55,733 nt of DNA from Nitrospirota bacterium (GTDB lineage Bacteria > Nitrospirota > Thermodesulfovibrionia > Thermodesulfovibrionales > JdFR-85). The stretch lies in NCBI GenBank assembly GCA_015484595.1, contig WFMM01000053.1, forward strand, positions 1-55,733, read 5' to 3'. This document shows, piece after piece, positions 36,758-49,206 of this stretch. Position 1 is the first letter of the stretch, and every line of letters begins with the position of its first letter. Under the pieces are notes generated by a model. It saw only the letters and a program-made list of their open reading frames with translations. It had not been told where the DNA came from and ran no database searches. A program made the translations under genes and the position numbers.

Positions 36758-37095
36758 CAGTGCACAGGGCCTGTCGAAAGTAGTCGTTCTACCTCTTCCA
36801 GGACTGCCCTGTAAGAGATGGCACCGTAGATGAAGGGTGTTCCGTTTATTAACACCACAGGTAGAGACAATAGACCGTGACTGACGAGCTCTCTGACTTC
36901 GGTGAATCTGCTTTCATCCTCTAAAAAGAGGTCTATGTACTCCACCAGCACGAGGTTTGGATACTGGTAGTCCAGTGCTGCCTGAAGCTCTTCAGCAAAG
37001 GCCTGATTGTTTACTCCCTCATCATAGTAGCTTTCGCTGAAGTTTAAATCCTCAAAGGGATTATCCAGTATCTGTATATGAATACGCTGTAACAT
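36757..37095 (-). CDS. Thioredoxin-like fold protein (DUF1462/YuzD-like) without cysteines
   Basis: YP..V.VEYIDL...LPVVLING.P..YG pattern. Confidence 0.5.
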   Translation of the reverse strand: MLQRIHIQILDNPFEDLNFSESYYDEGVNNQAFAEELQAALDYQYPNLVLVEYIDLFLEDESRFTEVRELVSHGLLSLPVVLINGTPFIYGAISYRAVLEEVERLLSTGPVH

Positions 37096-37103
37096 ACTAC
37101 CCC

Positions 37104-37979
37104 CTACTCCCTACCCCCTATCTTTACTATAAGATTATCAATCAGCCTTGCCTTTCCATAAAGGAGGGCAACGGCAAATACCGCCTCTTTTTTGCCGTAT
37201 ATTTTAACATCAACATCTCTTAAGTCTTCAAGTGTCTCAGGGTCGTATAAAGAGGCGTACTGAATCTCCCTTACATGGGGTGACTTTCTTAGATGCTCAT
37301 TCAGTGTCTCTACAGCTCTGGAAAAACTCATGCTTTCCATGAGGGTCTTTTCAGCCTCCTTCATTGCAAGGTATATAAGGTTTGCACCCCTTCTTTCGTC
37401 TTCACTGAGGTAGCTGTTTCTTGAGCTCATGGCAAGCCCATCGGGCTCCCTTACAGTGGGGCAGGGAACTATCTCTATGTCGAGGTTCAGGTCTCTTACC
37501 ATGGTCTTTATGATAAGGGTCTGCTGAAAGTCCTTAAGACCAAAGTATGCCCGTGTGGGCTTTACGATGTTAAAGAGCTTAAGCACCACCGTGGTCACAC
37601 CCCTGAAGTGACCTGGTCTGAAGGCACCACAGAGCTTTTCAGAAAGCCCCTCAACTGTCACATAGGTCTTAAACCCCTCAGGGTACATCTTTTCAGGGGT
37701 TGGCAGAAAGAGGGCATCCACCCCGAGGGATTCCAGTTTTTTTCTGTCTCCTTCGAGGTCTCTTGGATATCTGTCCAGGTCTTCCTGTGGTCCAAACTGT
37801 ATGGGATTTACAAAGATGCTTACAACGGTGATGTCATTTTCCTCAAGTGACCTTTTTACGAGGCTCAGGTGCCCCTCGTGAAGTGCACCCATGGTGGGCA
37901 CAAATCCAATGGTTTTCCCCTTAAGTCTGAGGCCCTTTGAATAACTCTGCATATCAAGGACATCGTTAAAGACCTTCAA
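37104..37979 (-). CDS. panC: Pantoate-beta-alanine ligase
   Basis: FVPTMGALHEGH, SIFVNPIQF, RPGHFRGV, FGLKDFQQ, REPDGLAMSSRN, RLIDN. Confidence 0.97.
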   Translation of the reverse strand: MKVFNDVLDMQSYSKGLRLKGKTIGFVPTMGALHEGHLSLVKRSLEENDITVVSIFVNPIQFGPQEDLDRYPRDLEGDRKKLESLGVDALFLPTPEKMYPEGFKTYVTVEGLSEKLCGAFRPGHFRGVTTVVLKLFNIVKPTRAYFGLKDFQQTLIIKTMVRDLNLDIEIVPCPTVREPDGLAMSSRNSYLSEDERRGANLIYLAMKEAEKTLMESMSFSRAVETLNEHLRKSPHVREIQYASLYDPETLEDLRDVDVKIYGKKEAVFAVALLYGKARLIDNLIVKIGGRE

Positions 37980-37985
37980 TTTGCC

Positions 37986-39038
37986 TTAAGCCTCCTTTAT
38001 CATCCTGATTAGTTCATCAAGCATCTCGGTTTCCCGAACCTTCTTTACAACCTTTCCCTTTTTAAAGAGTAAACCCTCTCCTTTGCTTCCTGCCACACCG
38101 AAGTCAGCCTCCCGTGCCTCACCAGGGCCGTTTACTGCACATCCCATTACTGCCACTGTGAGGGGTTTCTCAATGCCCTCTATCCTTTTTTGTAGCTTCC
38201 TTGCAATGCCCTGTATGTTTACGGTACATCTTCCACAGGTAGGACAGGATACAAGATTTATACCATGCTTTCTTATCCCCAGGGTTGAAAGTATCTCATA
38301 GGCCACCCTGACCTCGTCATAGGGTGGGGCAGTAAGTGAGACCCTGATGGTGTCTCCTATCCCCTCTGAAAGCAGTATTCCAAGCCCAACAGCACTTTTT
38401 ACAATTCCCAGCGGAGGTGGGCCTGCCTCGGTAATGCCTATGTGAAGGGGGTAGTCAAATCTGCTTGAAAAGAGCCTGTAGGCATTAACGGTAAGGGGGA
38501 CATCGGTGCCCTTTAAGGATACCTTTATCTGGTGAAAGCCAAGCTCATGGAGCATCTCAATCTGTCGGGTGGCAGCCTCCACGAGGGCATCTGCTGTGGG
38601 ATGGCCGTATTTTTTCAGCAGGTCCTTTGGCAGAGAGCCTGAGTTAACACCTACACGGATGGGTATTTTTCTGTCCTTAGCTGCCTCTACAAGTTCTCTT
38701 ACCTTCCACTTTGCACCAATGTTTCCAGGGTTTATCCTCAATCCATGAGCTCCCTGCTCTATGGACTTTAGTGCAAGACGCCAGTCAAAGTGGATATCAG
38801 CTATAAGTGGGATGGATATCCTTTTTGTGATCTCACCTATTGCCTCTGCAGCAACCATGTCAGGCACAGCCACCCTTATAACCTCACAGCCGAGGCGTTC
38901 AAGCCTTCTTATCTGGCGGACTGTGGCATTAACATCCCTGGTGTCTGTCTTGGTCATAGACTGAACAACCACAGGGGCATCGCCACCAATCTTAACTCCT
39001 CCAAGGGTTATCTGTCTCGTCTTTTTTCTTTCAAGCAT
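37986..39038 (-). CDS. ispG: HMBPP synthase IspG
   Basis: VQSMT, ADIHF, RINPGN, RVGVNSGS, HIGITEAG, GDTIRVSL, CPTCGR, MGCAVNGPGEA. Confidence 0.97.
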   Translation of the reverse strand: MLERKKTRQITLGGVKIGGDAPVVVQSMTKTDTRDVNATVRQIRRLERLGCEVIRVAVPDMVAAEAIGEITKRISIPLIADIHFDWRLALKSIEQGAHGLRINPGNIGAKWKVRELVEAAKDRKIPIRVGVNSGSLPKDLLKKYGHPTADALVEAATRQIEMLHELGFHQIKVSLKGTDVPLTVNAYRLFSSRFDYPLHIGITEAGPPPLGIVKSAVGLGILLSEGIGDTIRVSLTAPPYDEVRVAYEILSTLGIRKHGINLVSCPTCGRCTVNIQGIARKLQKRIEGIEKPLTVAVMGCAVNGPGEAREADFGVAGSKGEGLLFKKGKVVKKVRETEMLDELIRMIKEA

Positions 39039-39089
39039 GGTGATTTATTATAACCCAATTCTTCATCTTCCTTCCCTACCCCCTAATAA

Positions 39090-40073
39090 TCATTTGCCTC
39101 TAAACCACTTTATAGCCCTCTGGTGTTCGTGATTTGTTACAGAGAAGTGATGTCTTCCGTCCCCAGTTGCAACGAAAAACAGATATGGCACCTTTGCCGG
39201 ATAGAGGGCTGCCTTTATCGACTTAAGCCCTGGTGAGGCAATTGGACCAGGTGGAAGCCCTTTAATCAGGTAGGTGTTGTATGGAGAGGGTCTTTTAAGG
39301 TCCTTACGAGTTATCCTTACAGGCGGTGGATAGATTCCGTATACTGTAGTTGGGTCAGACTCAAGGGGCATGCCCCGTTTAAGCCTGTTGTGAAAGACCG
39401 CTGATATTAAGGGACGCTCTTCGTCAACCTCTGCCTCCTTTTCTATAAGTGAGGCAAGGGTAAGAAGCTGTTTTTCCGTAAGACCAAGGCTCTGTGCCCG
39501 GGACCTCATCTCCTCTGTAATGTGGGCTCTCAGGTTTCTTACCATCTCTTTAATCACCCTTTGGGCTGGGCAGTGTTTTGGAAAAAGATAGGTGTCCGGG
39601 AATAGGTAGCCCTCAGCAGAGGGGGCATCTATCTTAAGCTCATTAAGCAGGGTTATGTCCTTTGCAGCCTTTAAAAACTCCTCACTTTCTGTTATTTCAA
39701 GGTCTTGAAGTCTTTTTGCAATCTGCCACAGGTTAAAGCCCTCTGGTATGGTAACCCTTACGAGCTCAACATCCCCTCTTGTTAGTTTTTTTAAAACACT
39801 GTAGTCAGAGATAGCTCCTTCAAAACGGTATATGCCTGACTTTACGCTGTATTGAAGACCAAGCAGGCGACCCCAGAAGACAAAGAGCCTTCGGCTTTTA
39901 AGGATACCCTGATTGTCAAGGAGCCTTGCCACCTGGCTGAAGCTCATCCCTTCTGGCACTTCAATCTCAACCGTGCTTTTTATCCTGTGCTTTAAGAAAA
40001 AGGGGTTTGTAAAGGCATAGACGAAGGCAAGAAGTAGTGCCAGCGTAACGAAGAGGACCTTGCTTTTTTGCAT
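39090..40073 (-). CDS. mltG: Endolytic transglycosylase MltG
   Basis: TIPEG, EGYLFPDTY, LASLIEKE, VFHNRL..GM.L.SDPT, YNTY...GLPPGPI.SPG. Confidence 0.95.
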   Translation of the reverse strand: MQKSKVLFVTLALLLAFVYAFTNPFFLKHRIKSTVEIEVPEGMSFSQVARLLDNQGILKSRRLFVFWGRLLGLQYSVKSGIYRFEGAISDYSVLKKLTRGDVELVRVTIPEGFNLWQIAKRLQDLEITESEEFLKAAKDITLLNELKIDAPSAEGYLFPDTYLFPKHCPAQRVIKEMVRNLRAHITEEMRSRAQSLGLTEKQLLTLASLIEKEAEVDEERPLISAVFHNRLKRGMPLESDPTTVYGIYPPPVRITRKDLKRPSPYNTYLIKGLPPGPIASPGLKSIKAALYPAKVPYLFFVATGDGRHHFSVTNHEHQRAIKWFRGK

Positions 40074-40132
40074 AGATTTATAATACCCAAAAGAAAAGGA
40101 GAAATTCTAACCTCAGTTCCACCTCGTAGGTG

Positions 40133-40165
40133 GAAATAAAAAGGGCAGGCCCTATGGCCTGCCCT
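40133..40165 (-). terminator. Rho-independent terminator of groEL
   Basis: Minus strand AGGGCAGGCC-ATAG-GGCCTGCCCT followed by TTTTATTT. Confidence 0.85.
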
Positions 40166-40190
40166 CTGAAAAGTGGTTGTTGACTGTTTA

Positions 40191-42026
<1,836 letters not shown>

Positions 42027-42046
42027 TTTAGCTCACTGAAAAACCT

Positions 42047-42310
42047 CTATTCTTCAACTATTCCCAGGATGTCTTCTTCTTTGATAATAAGATACTCTGT
42101 GCCGTTCATCTTCACCTTTGAGCCTGAATACCTGTCAAACATCACCTCATCTCCAACCTTTACCTCCTTCACCTCAGCACCCACTGCCTCCACCTTGCCT
42201 CTCTGGGGCTTTTCCTTTGCAGTGTCAGGCACATAGATTCCGCCTGGTGTCTTTTCAACATCTTCAGTGTAGGAAATAAAGACCCTGTCCTTTAATGGTT
42301 TGAACTTCAT
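42047..42310 (-). CDS. groES: Co-chaperonin GroES
   Basis: KPLKDRV, T.GGIY.PDTAKEKP..G.V.AVG, E.DILG. Confidence 0.98.
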   Translation of the reverse strand: MKFKPLKDRVFISYTEDVEKTPGGIYVPDTAKEKPQRGKVEAVGAEVKEVKVGDEVMFDRYSGSKVKMNGTEYLIIKEEDILGIVEE

Positions 42311-42409
42311 AGGCTACCACTCCTTTCTTTTAGATTTTTAAAGCCCTGACAGGGCTTTGTGACCTGGATTCAGAGTTAAGGGCAATAGCTTCAATTTCTT
42401 CTCTATTTG

Positions 42410-42436
42410 TTAGCACTCGCTCTTATCGAGTGCTAA
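42410..42436 (-). promoter_or_regulatory. CIRCE element (HrcA operator)
   Basis: Perfect TTAGCACTC-N9-GAGTGCTAA upstream of groES, next to a TTGCCT..TATATT promoter on the minus strand. Confidence 0.96.
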
Positions 42437-42542
42437 TATAATGTTTTTTTGTCCTTAAAGGCAAGGGCACAGAAGGGCGAAAAAGATTGTTTATCGGGTA
42501 ATACCTGAATTTAATGGGGATAAACTAAAAAAATCAGAAAAA

Positions 42543-43406
42543 TTATCCTGATATCTCCTGTTTTTTCTCTTCGATGAACCTCTGAAGCTCTTCGTTGAAT
42601 ATATCTCTCTGTTGTCTTACCTCCTGGGGTATGCGCATATTGTAGAGCTTCATTCCCTCGTTAAGCTGTGAGGCAAAGACCTCCTGGAAGTTACCCTGTC
42701 GGATTGCTTCCTTTACCTTTTCGGGGTTGTAAAGATAAATGTCGGCAAGGATGGTCTTTACGAGCCTTCTTGCCCTTTCTACACCTGCATCTTGAGATGT
42801 CACGGTCTGTTGTGTCTGTTCGGGCTGTGTGGCTTTGTCTTCCTGTGGTGAAGGCCCGGTTTCTTTAGGTGCAGAAGGTGCCTGGGGTTTTTCTCCTGTG
42901 GCCAGATATCTGACCTTGTCTGTCAGGAGTTTCTCTATCTCGTGTGCCTCGATGTAGTCGTCTGCTCCGTGGAGGGATTCGGGTTTTCTGCGGTACTTTT
43001 CTTTATCGTATATGCTTCCGATTATTATGACCTTTATGTCTGAGGTCTCCTTTCTCTCCTTAAGCCTTTTACAGACCTCAAAGCCGTATATTTTGGGCAG
43101 TGAGACATCGATTATCACCAAAAAGGGATGCTCCCTCATGGCCTTCACCATTGCATCGATTCCATCCTTTGAAACAAGCACATCGTATCCCTCTGCCCTT
43201 AAAAGGGATGTGCACTTTTTAATAATCTCATCATCTGGATGGGCAACCAGCACCAATGACCTGTTAATCTCCTTGAACTTCTTTTTTGCCTTTCTTACCA
43301 GGAATACACTGCTACATTTAGGACACCTAAAACGGCTGCCCTCTGGAGAGATCTTTTCATCCGGAATCCTTAGCTTTACCTTACACTTTGGACAGACTAC
43401 TATCAC
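42543..43406 (-). CDS. Zinc-ribbon (MJ0042-like) response regulator with an unknown C-terminal helical domain
   Basis: CPKC..CPKC, REC domain (IIDVSLPKIYGFEVC), Pro/Gln linker, ARRLVKTILADIYLYN. Confidence 0.8.
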   Translation of the reverse strand: MIVVCPKCKVKLRIPDEKISPEGSRFRCPKCSSVFLVRKAKKKFKEINRSLVLVAHPDDEIIKKCTSLLRAEGYDVLVSKDGIDAMVKAMREHPFLVIIDVSLPKIYGFEVCKRLKERKETSDIKVIIIGSIYDKEKYRRKPESLHGADDYIEAHEIEKLLTDKVRYLATGEKPQAPSAPKETGPSPQEDKATQPEQTQQTVTSQDAGVERARRLVKTILADIYLYNPEKVKEAIRQGNFQEVFASQLNEGMKLYNMRIPQEVRQQRDIFNEELQRFIEEKKQEISG

Positions 43407-43409
43407 TTT

Positions 43410-44093
43410 TTACCTCCACCTGACCCGAGGCCTCCGCCTCCTGGGTAACCACAGTTTTATGGTTAACAACCCAAAGAAAAACCCGCCAATGTGAGCAAAC
43501 CAGGCAACTCCACCCTGAACACCTGCTCCCTTGCTGAGCAGACCATTAAGGACCTGAAGTATCCCCCAGAGCCCTATTACCAGGGCAGCAGGGAGAGCCA
43601 CGATATCTATAAAGAAACCAAAGAATATTAAAGTATGCACTTTTGCATGAGGATAAAGCAAGAGGTAGGCACCAAGGATGCTTGCAACTGCACCGCTTGC
43701 CCCTACCATGGGCACCCTGGACGAGGGGGCACTTAGTGCCTGTGCATAGGCTGCCACAGTGCCTGAAAGTAGATAAAACACAAGGAACCTGATGTGGCCG
43801 AGCCGGTCTTCCACATTGTTTCCAAATATCCAGAGGTAGAGCATGTTTCCAGCTATGTGAACAAACCCTCCGTGCATGAACATGGATGTAAAAACAGTGA
43901 GTGGTTGAGGTATGGGCTGGGGGCCCTTTAGCTGAACAAGGTAGTGTGGGACAGCACCATAACTGAATATTATCCTTTCCATGCCAGCAGGATGTCCAAG
44001 CTCAATCAGAAACACAAGAATGTTTAGCACAATCAAAAGGATTGTTACAAAGGGAAAGGTCTCAGTGGGATTATCGTCCTTAAAGGGTATCAT
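43410..44093 (-). CDS. Rhomboid family intramembrane serine protease
   Basis: MIPFKDDNP, TSMFMHGG..HI.GNM, GASGA, AHIGGF. Confidence 0.95.
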   Translation of the reverse strand: MIPFKDDNPTETFPFVTILLIVLNILVFLIELGHPAGMERIIFSYGAVPHYLVQLKGPQPIPQPLTVFTSMFMHGGFVHIAGNMLYLWIFGNNVEDRLGHIRFLVFYLLSGTVAAYAQALSAPSSRVPMVGASGAVASILGAYLLLYPHAKVHTLIFFGFFIDIVALPAALVIGLWGILQVLNGLLSKGAGVQGGVAWFAHIGGFFFGLLTIKLWLPRRRRPRVRWR

Positions 44094-44246
44094 TTGCCTG
44101 TTCCGTTTTTTTAATTATAAGTTACCACCTTTTATCTGTCAATAAAAGTTGTATTTTTATTTTGATTATTCCAGTAGTTAGTGTTTTATTTTAATGTAAA
44201 AAATTTAAATTCATTATATATCTTCTAAAAATATAATATTTTTTCC

Positions 44247-44275
44247 TTGACAAATTTATTCAAAAATGATTTAAT
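44247..44275 (+). promoter_or_regulatory. sigma70 promoter of the HD-GYP/kinase operon
   Basis: TTGACA, 17 bp, TG-A-TTTAAT; ATG only about 11 nt downstream with no SD. Confidence 0.55.
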
Positions 44276-44286
44276 TATTTCTGAAT

Positions 44287-45306
44287 ATGTTAAATGGACT
44301 AACATTTCCTGTTACCCCTTCTGTTCTAATAGTAGATGACATACTGTCCAATCTGGAACTGGTTGAGGCAGTACTTACAGGGGAGGGTTACAGAGTTTTA
44401 AAGGCGACTAACGGAAGGGATGCCATCAACATTTACGAGCAGGAGCAGCCTGACATTGCAGTCCTTGACATAATGATGCCTGATATTGATGGATATCAGC
44501 TCTGTCAGATACTCAAGGACATGGCTGGAAAGAGGTACTTCCCAATAGTCCTTCTTACTGCATTAAACGACAAAGAAAGCAGAATAAAGGGAATAGAGTG
44601 TGGTGCAGACGATTTCATATCAAAGCCCTTTGAGCCCCGTGCGTTTCTTGCCAAGTTAAAATCTCTTTTGAGGATAAAGTTCCTTTACGATGAACTGGAC
44701 CACTCTGAAAACATCATCCTGACCCTTGCGGTTGCACTTGAGGCAAGGGACCCCTACACAAGGGGACATTCCACCAGGGTGGGAGACCTTTCAAGGAAGT
44801 TTGCCGAATACATAGGTCTTAGCAGTTATGACCAGGACATGATAAGGAAGGCAGGGCTTTTACACGATATTGGAAAGATAGGGCTCAGCGAGAGCCTTCT
44901 TATGAAGCCTGCCCGTTTGACTGAGGAAGAGCACGATGTGATAAAACGACACCCCATTATAGGGGAGGAGATATGCAGACCACTTAATTCACTTCAGTTC
45001 ATACTCCCTGCCATCAGGCATCATCACGAGCGGTGGGACGGAAAGGGCTTTCCTGATGGACTGAAGGGTGAAGAGATTCCCCTTTATGCAAGGATACTTG
45101 CCATTGTTGATTCCTTTGATGCCATGCTTTCTGAAAGGCCCTACAGGAAGGGGCTCAGTTTCAGCGAGGTGCTTGATATATTCGTTAAAGAGAGGGATTA
45201 CGGGCAGTGGGACCCGGTGCTTGTTGGAAATTTTATTGACATGCTGAGAGTCCTTGGTGAGGACTACATGATAAACAGCAGGTATACCTTTAGCCTGGAG
45301 AGTTAA
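44287..45306 (+). CDS. Response regulator with HD-GYP cyclic-di-nucleotide phosphodiesterase domain
   Basis: REC (VDD, LDIMMP), [33 protein letters not shown]. Confidence 0.93.
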   Translation: MLNGLTFPVTPSVLIVDDILSNLELVEAVLTGEGYRVLKATNGRDAINIYEQEQPDIAVLDIMMPDIDGYQLCQILKDMAGKRYFPIVLLTALNDKESRIKGIECGADDFISKPFEPRAFLAKLKSLLRIKFLYDELDHSENIILTLAVALEARDPYTRGHSTRVGDLSRKFAEYIGLSSYDQDMIRKAGLLHDIGKIGLSESLLMKPARLTEEEHDVIKRHPIIGEEICRPLNSLQFILPAIRHHHERWDGKGFPDGLKGEEIPLYARILAIVDSFDAMLSERPYRKGLSFSEVLDIFVKERDYGQWDPVLVGNFIDMLRVLGEDYMINSRYTFSLES

Positions 45307-45307
45307 G

Positions 45308-48300
45308 TTGATAAGGATTGCCGTTGTTGGAGGGAACATAGCAGGTGGGGCTCTTATTTCTCTTTTAAGGACAGAGCCAAACATCAAGATAGTTGGGATA
45401 TACGAGGAAAAGTTAGATGCCCCTGGTGCGATGCTTGCCCAGAAGTGGGCGATACCCGTCTTTAGCAGTATTGAAGAGTTAGTCAAGCACAACCCTTCCA
45501 TAGTGATAAATGTCCTTCCTGAACCAGAGATAACAGAGAAGATAAAAAGGGTCTTTAGCCCGGATGTGGAAGTCATAAATGCTAAGGCTGCCAAGATGCT
45601 CTGGGATTTCATAGAAAGGCAGAAAAAGGCAAGGGTTGAAACCGTAAAGACCCTCCAGAACCTTAACTCCCTTACTGCCCTTACCTCTTCAGTAGCAAAG
45701 CTGAACCTGAAGGGTTTTTTGAAGCATTCCCTGAAGAAGGCACTTGAGATTGCCGAGGCACCTGCGGGAAGTCTTGTGACCTATTCAGAGGGGAGGCTTC
45801 AGTTACAGTGTTCAATGGGCCTTAGCAAGCAGTTTATTGAGGGGACGAGCTGGGACATGATATCAGGCGGGCTTACCGAGAAGGTGGTTAAGGAGAAAAA
45901 GATCGTTGAGATTTACGATACCCTGACGAGTGAGTACAACAACCCAGCCCTTATGATAGAAAACATAAGGGCAGTGCTTGCACTTCCAATACTCTTTGGT
46001 GATGACTGTGTGGGGATAGTTTTTATTGACGACTTCAAACCAAGGAGGTTTTCGACCCGACAGAAGACCACCATAATCCTGCTTACCAGGATTATTGCAA
46101 ACACGATAAACTGGCTTTCAGGCGTTGAAGAGCTGGCTCGTGTTCAGACAGAGATGCAGGCACTGATGGACAGTGCAACTGACCTCATAGTCCTTACCGA
46201 CAGGGAAGGGAGGATAACCGACTCAAACAGCAGATTCCTTGACTACAACCTTAGCAAGGGTGAGCTTGCTGGCATGATGATAGGAGAGCTCTTTGAAAAA
46301 GAACAGGGCTCACTACTTGAGGAGATGCTGAAGAAGGCATCGGTTGTTCATGAGATGCGAGTAAGACTGAAGGAGGAACTAAGGCTGAAGACAGGCATTG
46401 AGGAGCTGATACTTAATGCAACCCCCGTTAAGACAGCCGATACTCAGGCAGAGGGATACATCATTTCCATGGAGGATGTATCAGAGAAACTTAAGCTTAC
46501 AGAGGAGTTAAGGGAGGCAAAGAAGTCACTGGAGTCTCTTAATCAGATGTTAGAGCAGAAGGTGATTGAACGGACAGAGGCGCTTGAGAGGATGAACAGG
46601 GAGCTTGAGAAGGCAAACGAACTGAAGGGCCGATTTATCGCCAACATGTCCCACGAACTGAGGACACCTCTTAACTCAATAATTGGATTTTCTGAAATCC
46701 TCCTTGAGGAGACCTTTGGCAAGCTAAACGACGACCAGATGAGGTATGTCCGTAACATTCAGAACTCTGGTAAACACCTGCTTGAGCTTATAAACAATGT
46801 GCTTGACCTTTCAAAGATTGATTCAGGAAGGTACGAGCTTCAGTACGAGACCTTTTTCGTTGAGGATGTGATTAACGAGGTGGTTGAGACGATGAAGCCC
46901 ATGGCAGAGTCAAAGTCGCTTAACATCGTCATCAACATAGACCCTGAGATAGACACCCTCACGGCAGACAGGGTAAAGGTTAAACAGATACTTTACAATC
47001 TGCTTTCTAATGCCATAAAGTTTACACCCGAAGGCGGCAGCGTCTCGGTTAGTGCTCACAGAGACAGGATAAACGACGAAGAGGCAGTAAGGTTTGCCGT
47101 TAAAGACACGGGTGTCGGGATACCGCCTGATGACCTCGACAGGATATTTGATGAGTTTGAGCAGATAGACACATCTCTTTCAAGACAGTACGGTGGTGTG
47201 GGGCTTGGACTTACCCTTACAAAGAGGCTCGTGGAGCTTCACGGAGGCAGCATATCTGTTGAAAGCACACTCGGTAAGGGAAGCACCTTCTACTTCACCC
47301 TGCCGGTGGCCCGTGAGGTAAAAGAGGAGGTAGTGGAGGAGAAGAAGGAGGAGTTCCTGGAGGCTGTTCAGCTTAATTATCCCTGGACGAAAAAGGATGC
47401 ACCCCTGATACTGGTTGTAGAGGATGACAAGGCCACGGTAGAGCTTCTTACGATACACCTTACACAGGCAGGTTACAAGGTGGCCCATGCTTACAATGGA
47501 GAGGAGGCGATTGAGAAGGCTCGCACCCTCCGTCCCTTTGCCATAACCCTTGATGTGATGCTTCCCAAAAAGGACGGCTGGGAGGTGCTTCAGGAGTTAA
47601 AAAGCGACGAGACCACTGCAAACATACCGGTTATCATTCACTCCATTGTTGACAACAAAGACCTTGCCTTTGCCCTTGGTGCAACGGACTACATACTTAA
47701 GCCCCTTGACAAGGACATCCTGCTTGAAAAACTAAACGAGATTGCAGCCACAAAGGTAAAGACAGGGCTTCCTGCAACGGTGCTACTTATAGAGCCTGAA
47801 GAGTCAGAGGCAGAAAAACTGAAAGAGCTTCTTCAGGACTCAGGCACCATAGTCTATGTTGCAAATGACCTTAAAAAGGGCATGGAGCTTGCCATAGCCA
47901 TAAGGCCAAACCTTATCATGGTCAATGTGGACACAAAAGATGACTCCGATGGTTTTGACATCATCGAAGAGCTTAAGTCCTCGCCTGCCACAAGGGATAT
48001 CCCCATTTTCGTGATGTCTGAAAAGGACCTGTCCGTTGAGCAGCGCCTTGACATGCTTGGTAAGATTGACAGGGTGCTTAAAAAGAGGGCCTTTGACACA
48101 AAGGAACTCATCGAGCACATCAAGGAGCTTGAGATAATCTATCCAAAGAGGGCAGGGCTCGTTGACGGTGTTACAGGGCTTTTCAGCCATAGGTACTTTC
48201 ACATCAGGCTTGCACAGGAGATAGAAAGGGCCGAAAGATACAAGCTTCCTCTGATTCTCGTAATGATTGACATCGACCACTTTGGAAATTACATTGAAAA

Positions 48301-48670
48301 GGCAGGGCAGTACAACGCAAATACTGTACTGAAGAAAGTGGGAGACCTGCTTAAAAGGAACATCAGGGGCTCAGACATAGTGGTTCGTTACGGCGGTGAC
48401 TCCTTTTCGGTGGTTTTACCAAATACGGTGCTTAACGCTGGTATATCCTTAAGCAACAGATTTAATGCCATAATCAAGAACTTTCCTTTCCCACAGGAGG
48501 AGGTGCAACCCAAGAAGAGGATCACCGCAAGCGTGGGCCTTGCCTTTTACTCAGGACAATCACCAGAGGAGCTCATTCTCTGTGCTGAAAAGGCACTTTC
48601 CTATGCCATATCAAAGGGTGGCGACAGGGTTGAGGTATTCTCAAAGGAAATCGAAAGCTTCAAGGTCTGA
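45308..48670 (+). CDS. Hybrid histidine kinase: Rossmann-like N-terminus, GAF, PAS, HisKA/HATPase, REC, degenerate REC, degenerate GGDEF
   Basis: [10 protein letters not shown]; MSHELRTPL; NAIKFT; DTGVGI; GLGL; LDVMLP; RGSD...RYGGDSF. Confidence 0.9.
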   Translation: MIRIAVVGGNIAGGALISLLRTEPNIKIVGIYEEKLDAPGAMLAQKWAIPVFSSIEELVKHNPSIVINVLPEPEITEKIKRVFSPDVEVINAKAAKMLWDFIERQKKARVETVKTLQNLNSLTALTSSVAKLNLKGFLKHSLKKALEIAEAPAGSLVTYSEGRLQLQCSMGLSKQFIEGTSWDMISGGLTEKVVKEKKIVEIYDTLTSEYNNPALMIENIRAVLALPILFGDDCVGIVFIDDFKPRRFSTRQKTTIILLTRIIANTINWLSGVEELARVQTEMQALMDSATDLIVLTDREGRITDSNSRFLDYNLSKGELAGMMIGELFEKEQGSLLEEMLKKASVVHEMRVRLKEELRLKTGIEELILNATPVKTADTQAEGYIISMEDVSEKLKLTEELREAKKSLESLNQMLEQKVIERTEALERMNRELEKANELKGRFIANMSHELRTPLNSIIGFSEILLEETFGKLNDDQMRYVRNIQNSGKHLLELINNVLDLSKIDSGRYELQYETFFVEDVINEVVETMKPMAESKSLNIVINIDPEIDTLTADRVKVKQILYNLLSNAIKFTPEGGSVSVSAHRDRINDEEAVRFAVKDTGVGIPPDDLDRIFDEFEQIDTSLSRQYGGVGLGLTLTKRLVELHGGSISVESTLGKGSTFYFTLPVAREVKEEVVEEKKEEFLEAVQLNYPWTKKDAPLILVVEDDKATVELLTIHLTQAGYKVAHAYNGEEAIEKARTLRPFAITLDVMLPKKDGWEVLQELKSDETTANIPVIIHSIVDNKDLAFALGATDYILKPLDKDILLEKLNEIAATKVKTGLPATVLLIEPEESEAEKLKELLQDSGTIVYVANDLKKGMELAIAIRPNLIMVNVDTKDDSDGFDIIEELKSSPATRDIPIFVMSEKDLSVEQRLDMLGKIDRVLKKRAFDTKELIEHIKELEIIYPKRAGLVDGVTGLFSHRYFHIRLAQEIERAERYKLPLILVMIDIDHFGNYIEKAGQYNANTVLKKVGDLLKRNIRGSDIVVRYGGDSFSVVLPNTVLNAGISLSNRFNAIIKNFPFPQEEVQPKKRITASVGLAFYSGQSPEELILCAEKALSYAISKGGDRVEVFSKEIESFKV

Positions 48671-49151
48671 GAGATTTTACGACTGTATAGACACCAGGGT
48701 AGGGCCACTCTGTATCGTTTACACTGAAAGGGATGACGAGACCCTGATACTGAAGGTTCTTTTTGGCACAAAACGCTTAGATGCAAGGAAGAGGCCCCTC
48801 GGAGATGAGATAAAAAGACAGTTTCAGGAGTTTCTTGACGGAAAAAGGAGGGCCTTTACACTCAGATACCTGGCCGAGGGGACGGAATTCGAAAGGCAGG
48901 TCTGGGAGCTTACATCCAGCATACCCTACGGTGAGACCCGTACCTATAAGTGGATTGCAGAAAAGCTTAAAAAACCCCGTGGGGTAAGGGCAGTTGGACA
49001 GGCTCTTAAAAAGAATCCCCTGCCACTTATTATTCCCTGCCACAGGGTCATCCAGTCTGACGGCAACATCGGCGGATACTCATCAGGCATTGATATAAAA
49101 AGAAGACTGCTTGAGATGGAGTATTATAATAATTTAAGCACTAAGCACTAA
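48630..49151 (+). CDS. ogt: Methylated-DNA-protein-cysteine methyltransferase (start uncertain)
   Basis: GT.FERQVW, IPYGET.TY, RAVG.A...NP...IIPCHRV, GGY..G...K..LL. Confidence 0.92.
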   Translation: MRYSQRKSKASRSERFYDCIDTRVGPLCIVYTERDDETLILKVLFGTKRLDARKRPLGDEIKRQFQEFLDGKRRAFTLRYLAEGTEFERQVWELTSSIPYGETRTYKWIAEKLKKPRGVRAVGQALKKNPLPLIIPCHRVIQSDGNIGGYSSGIDIKRRLLEMEYYNNLSTKH

Positions 49152-49206
49152 TTTCTAAATCCTAAAAGAAAATTGTTTAGAAATTAGAGTTTCGAATTTA
49201 GGATTT
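49135..49206. repeat. Heptamer-built palindrome between convergent genes (possible bidirectional terminator)
   Basis: CTAATTTCTAAA (49148-59)/TTTAGAAATTAG (49176-87) and AAATCCTAAA/TTTAGGATTT; units TAAGCAC, TAAATCC. Confidence 0.7.
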
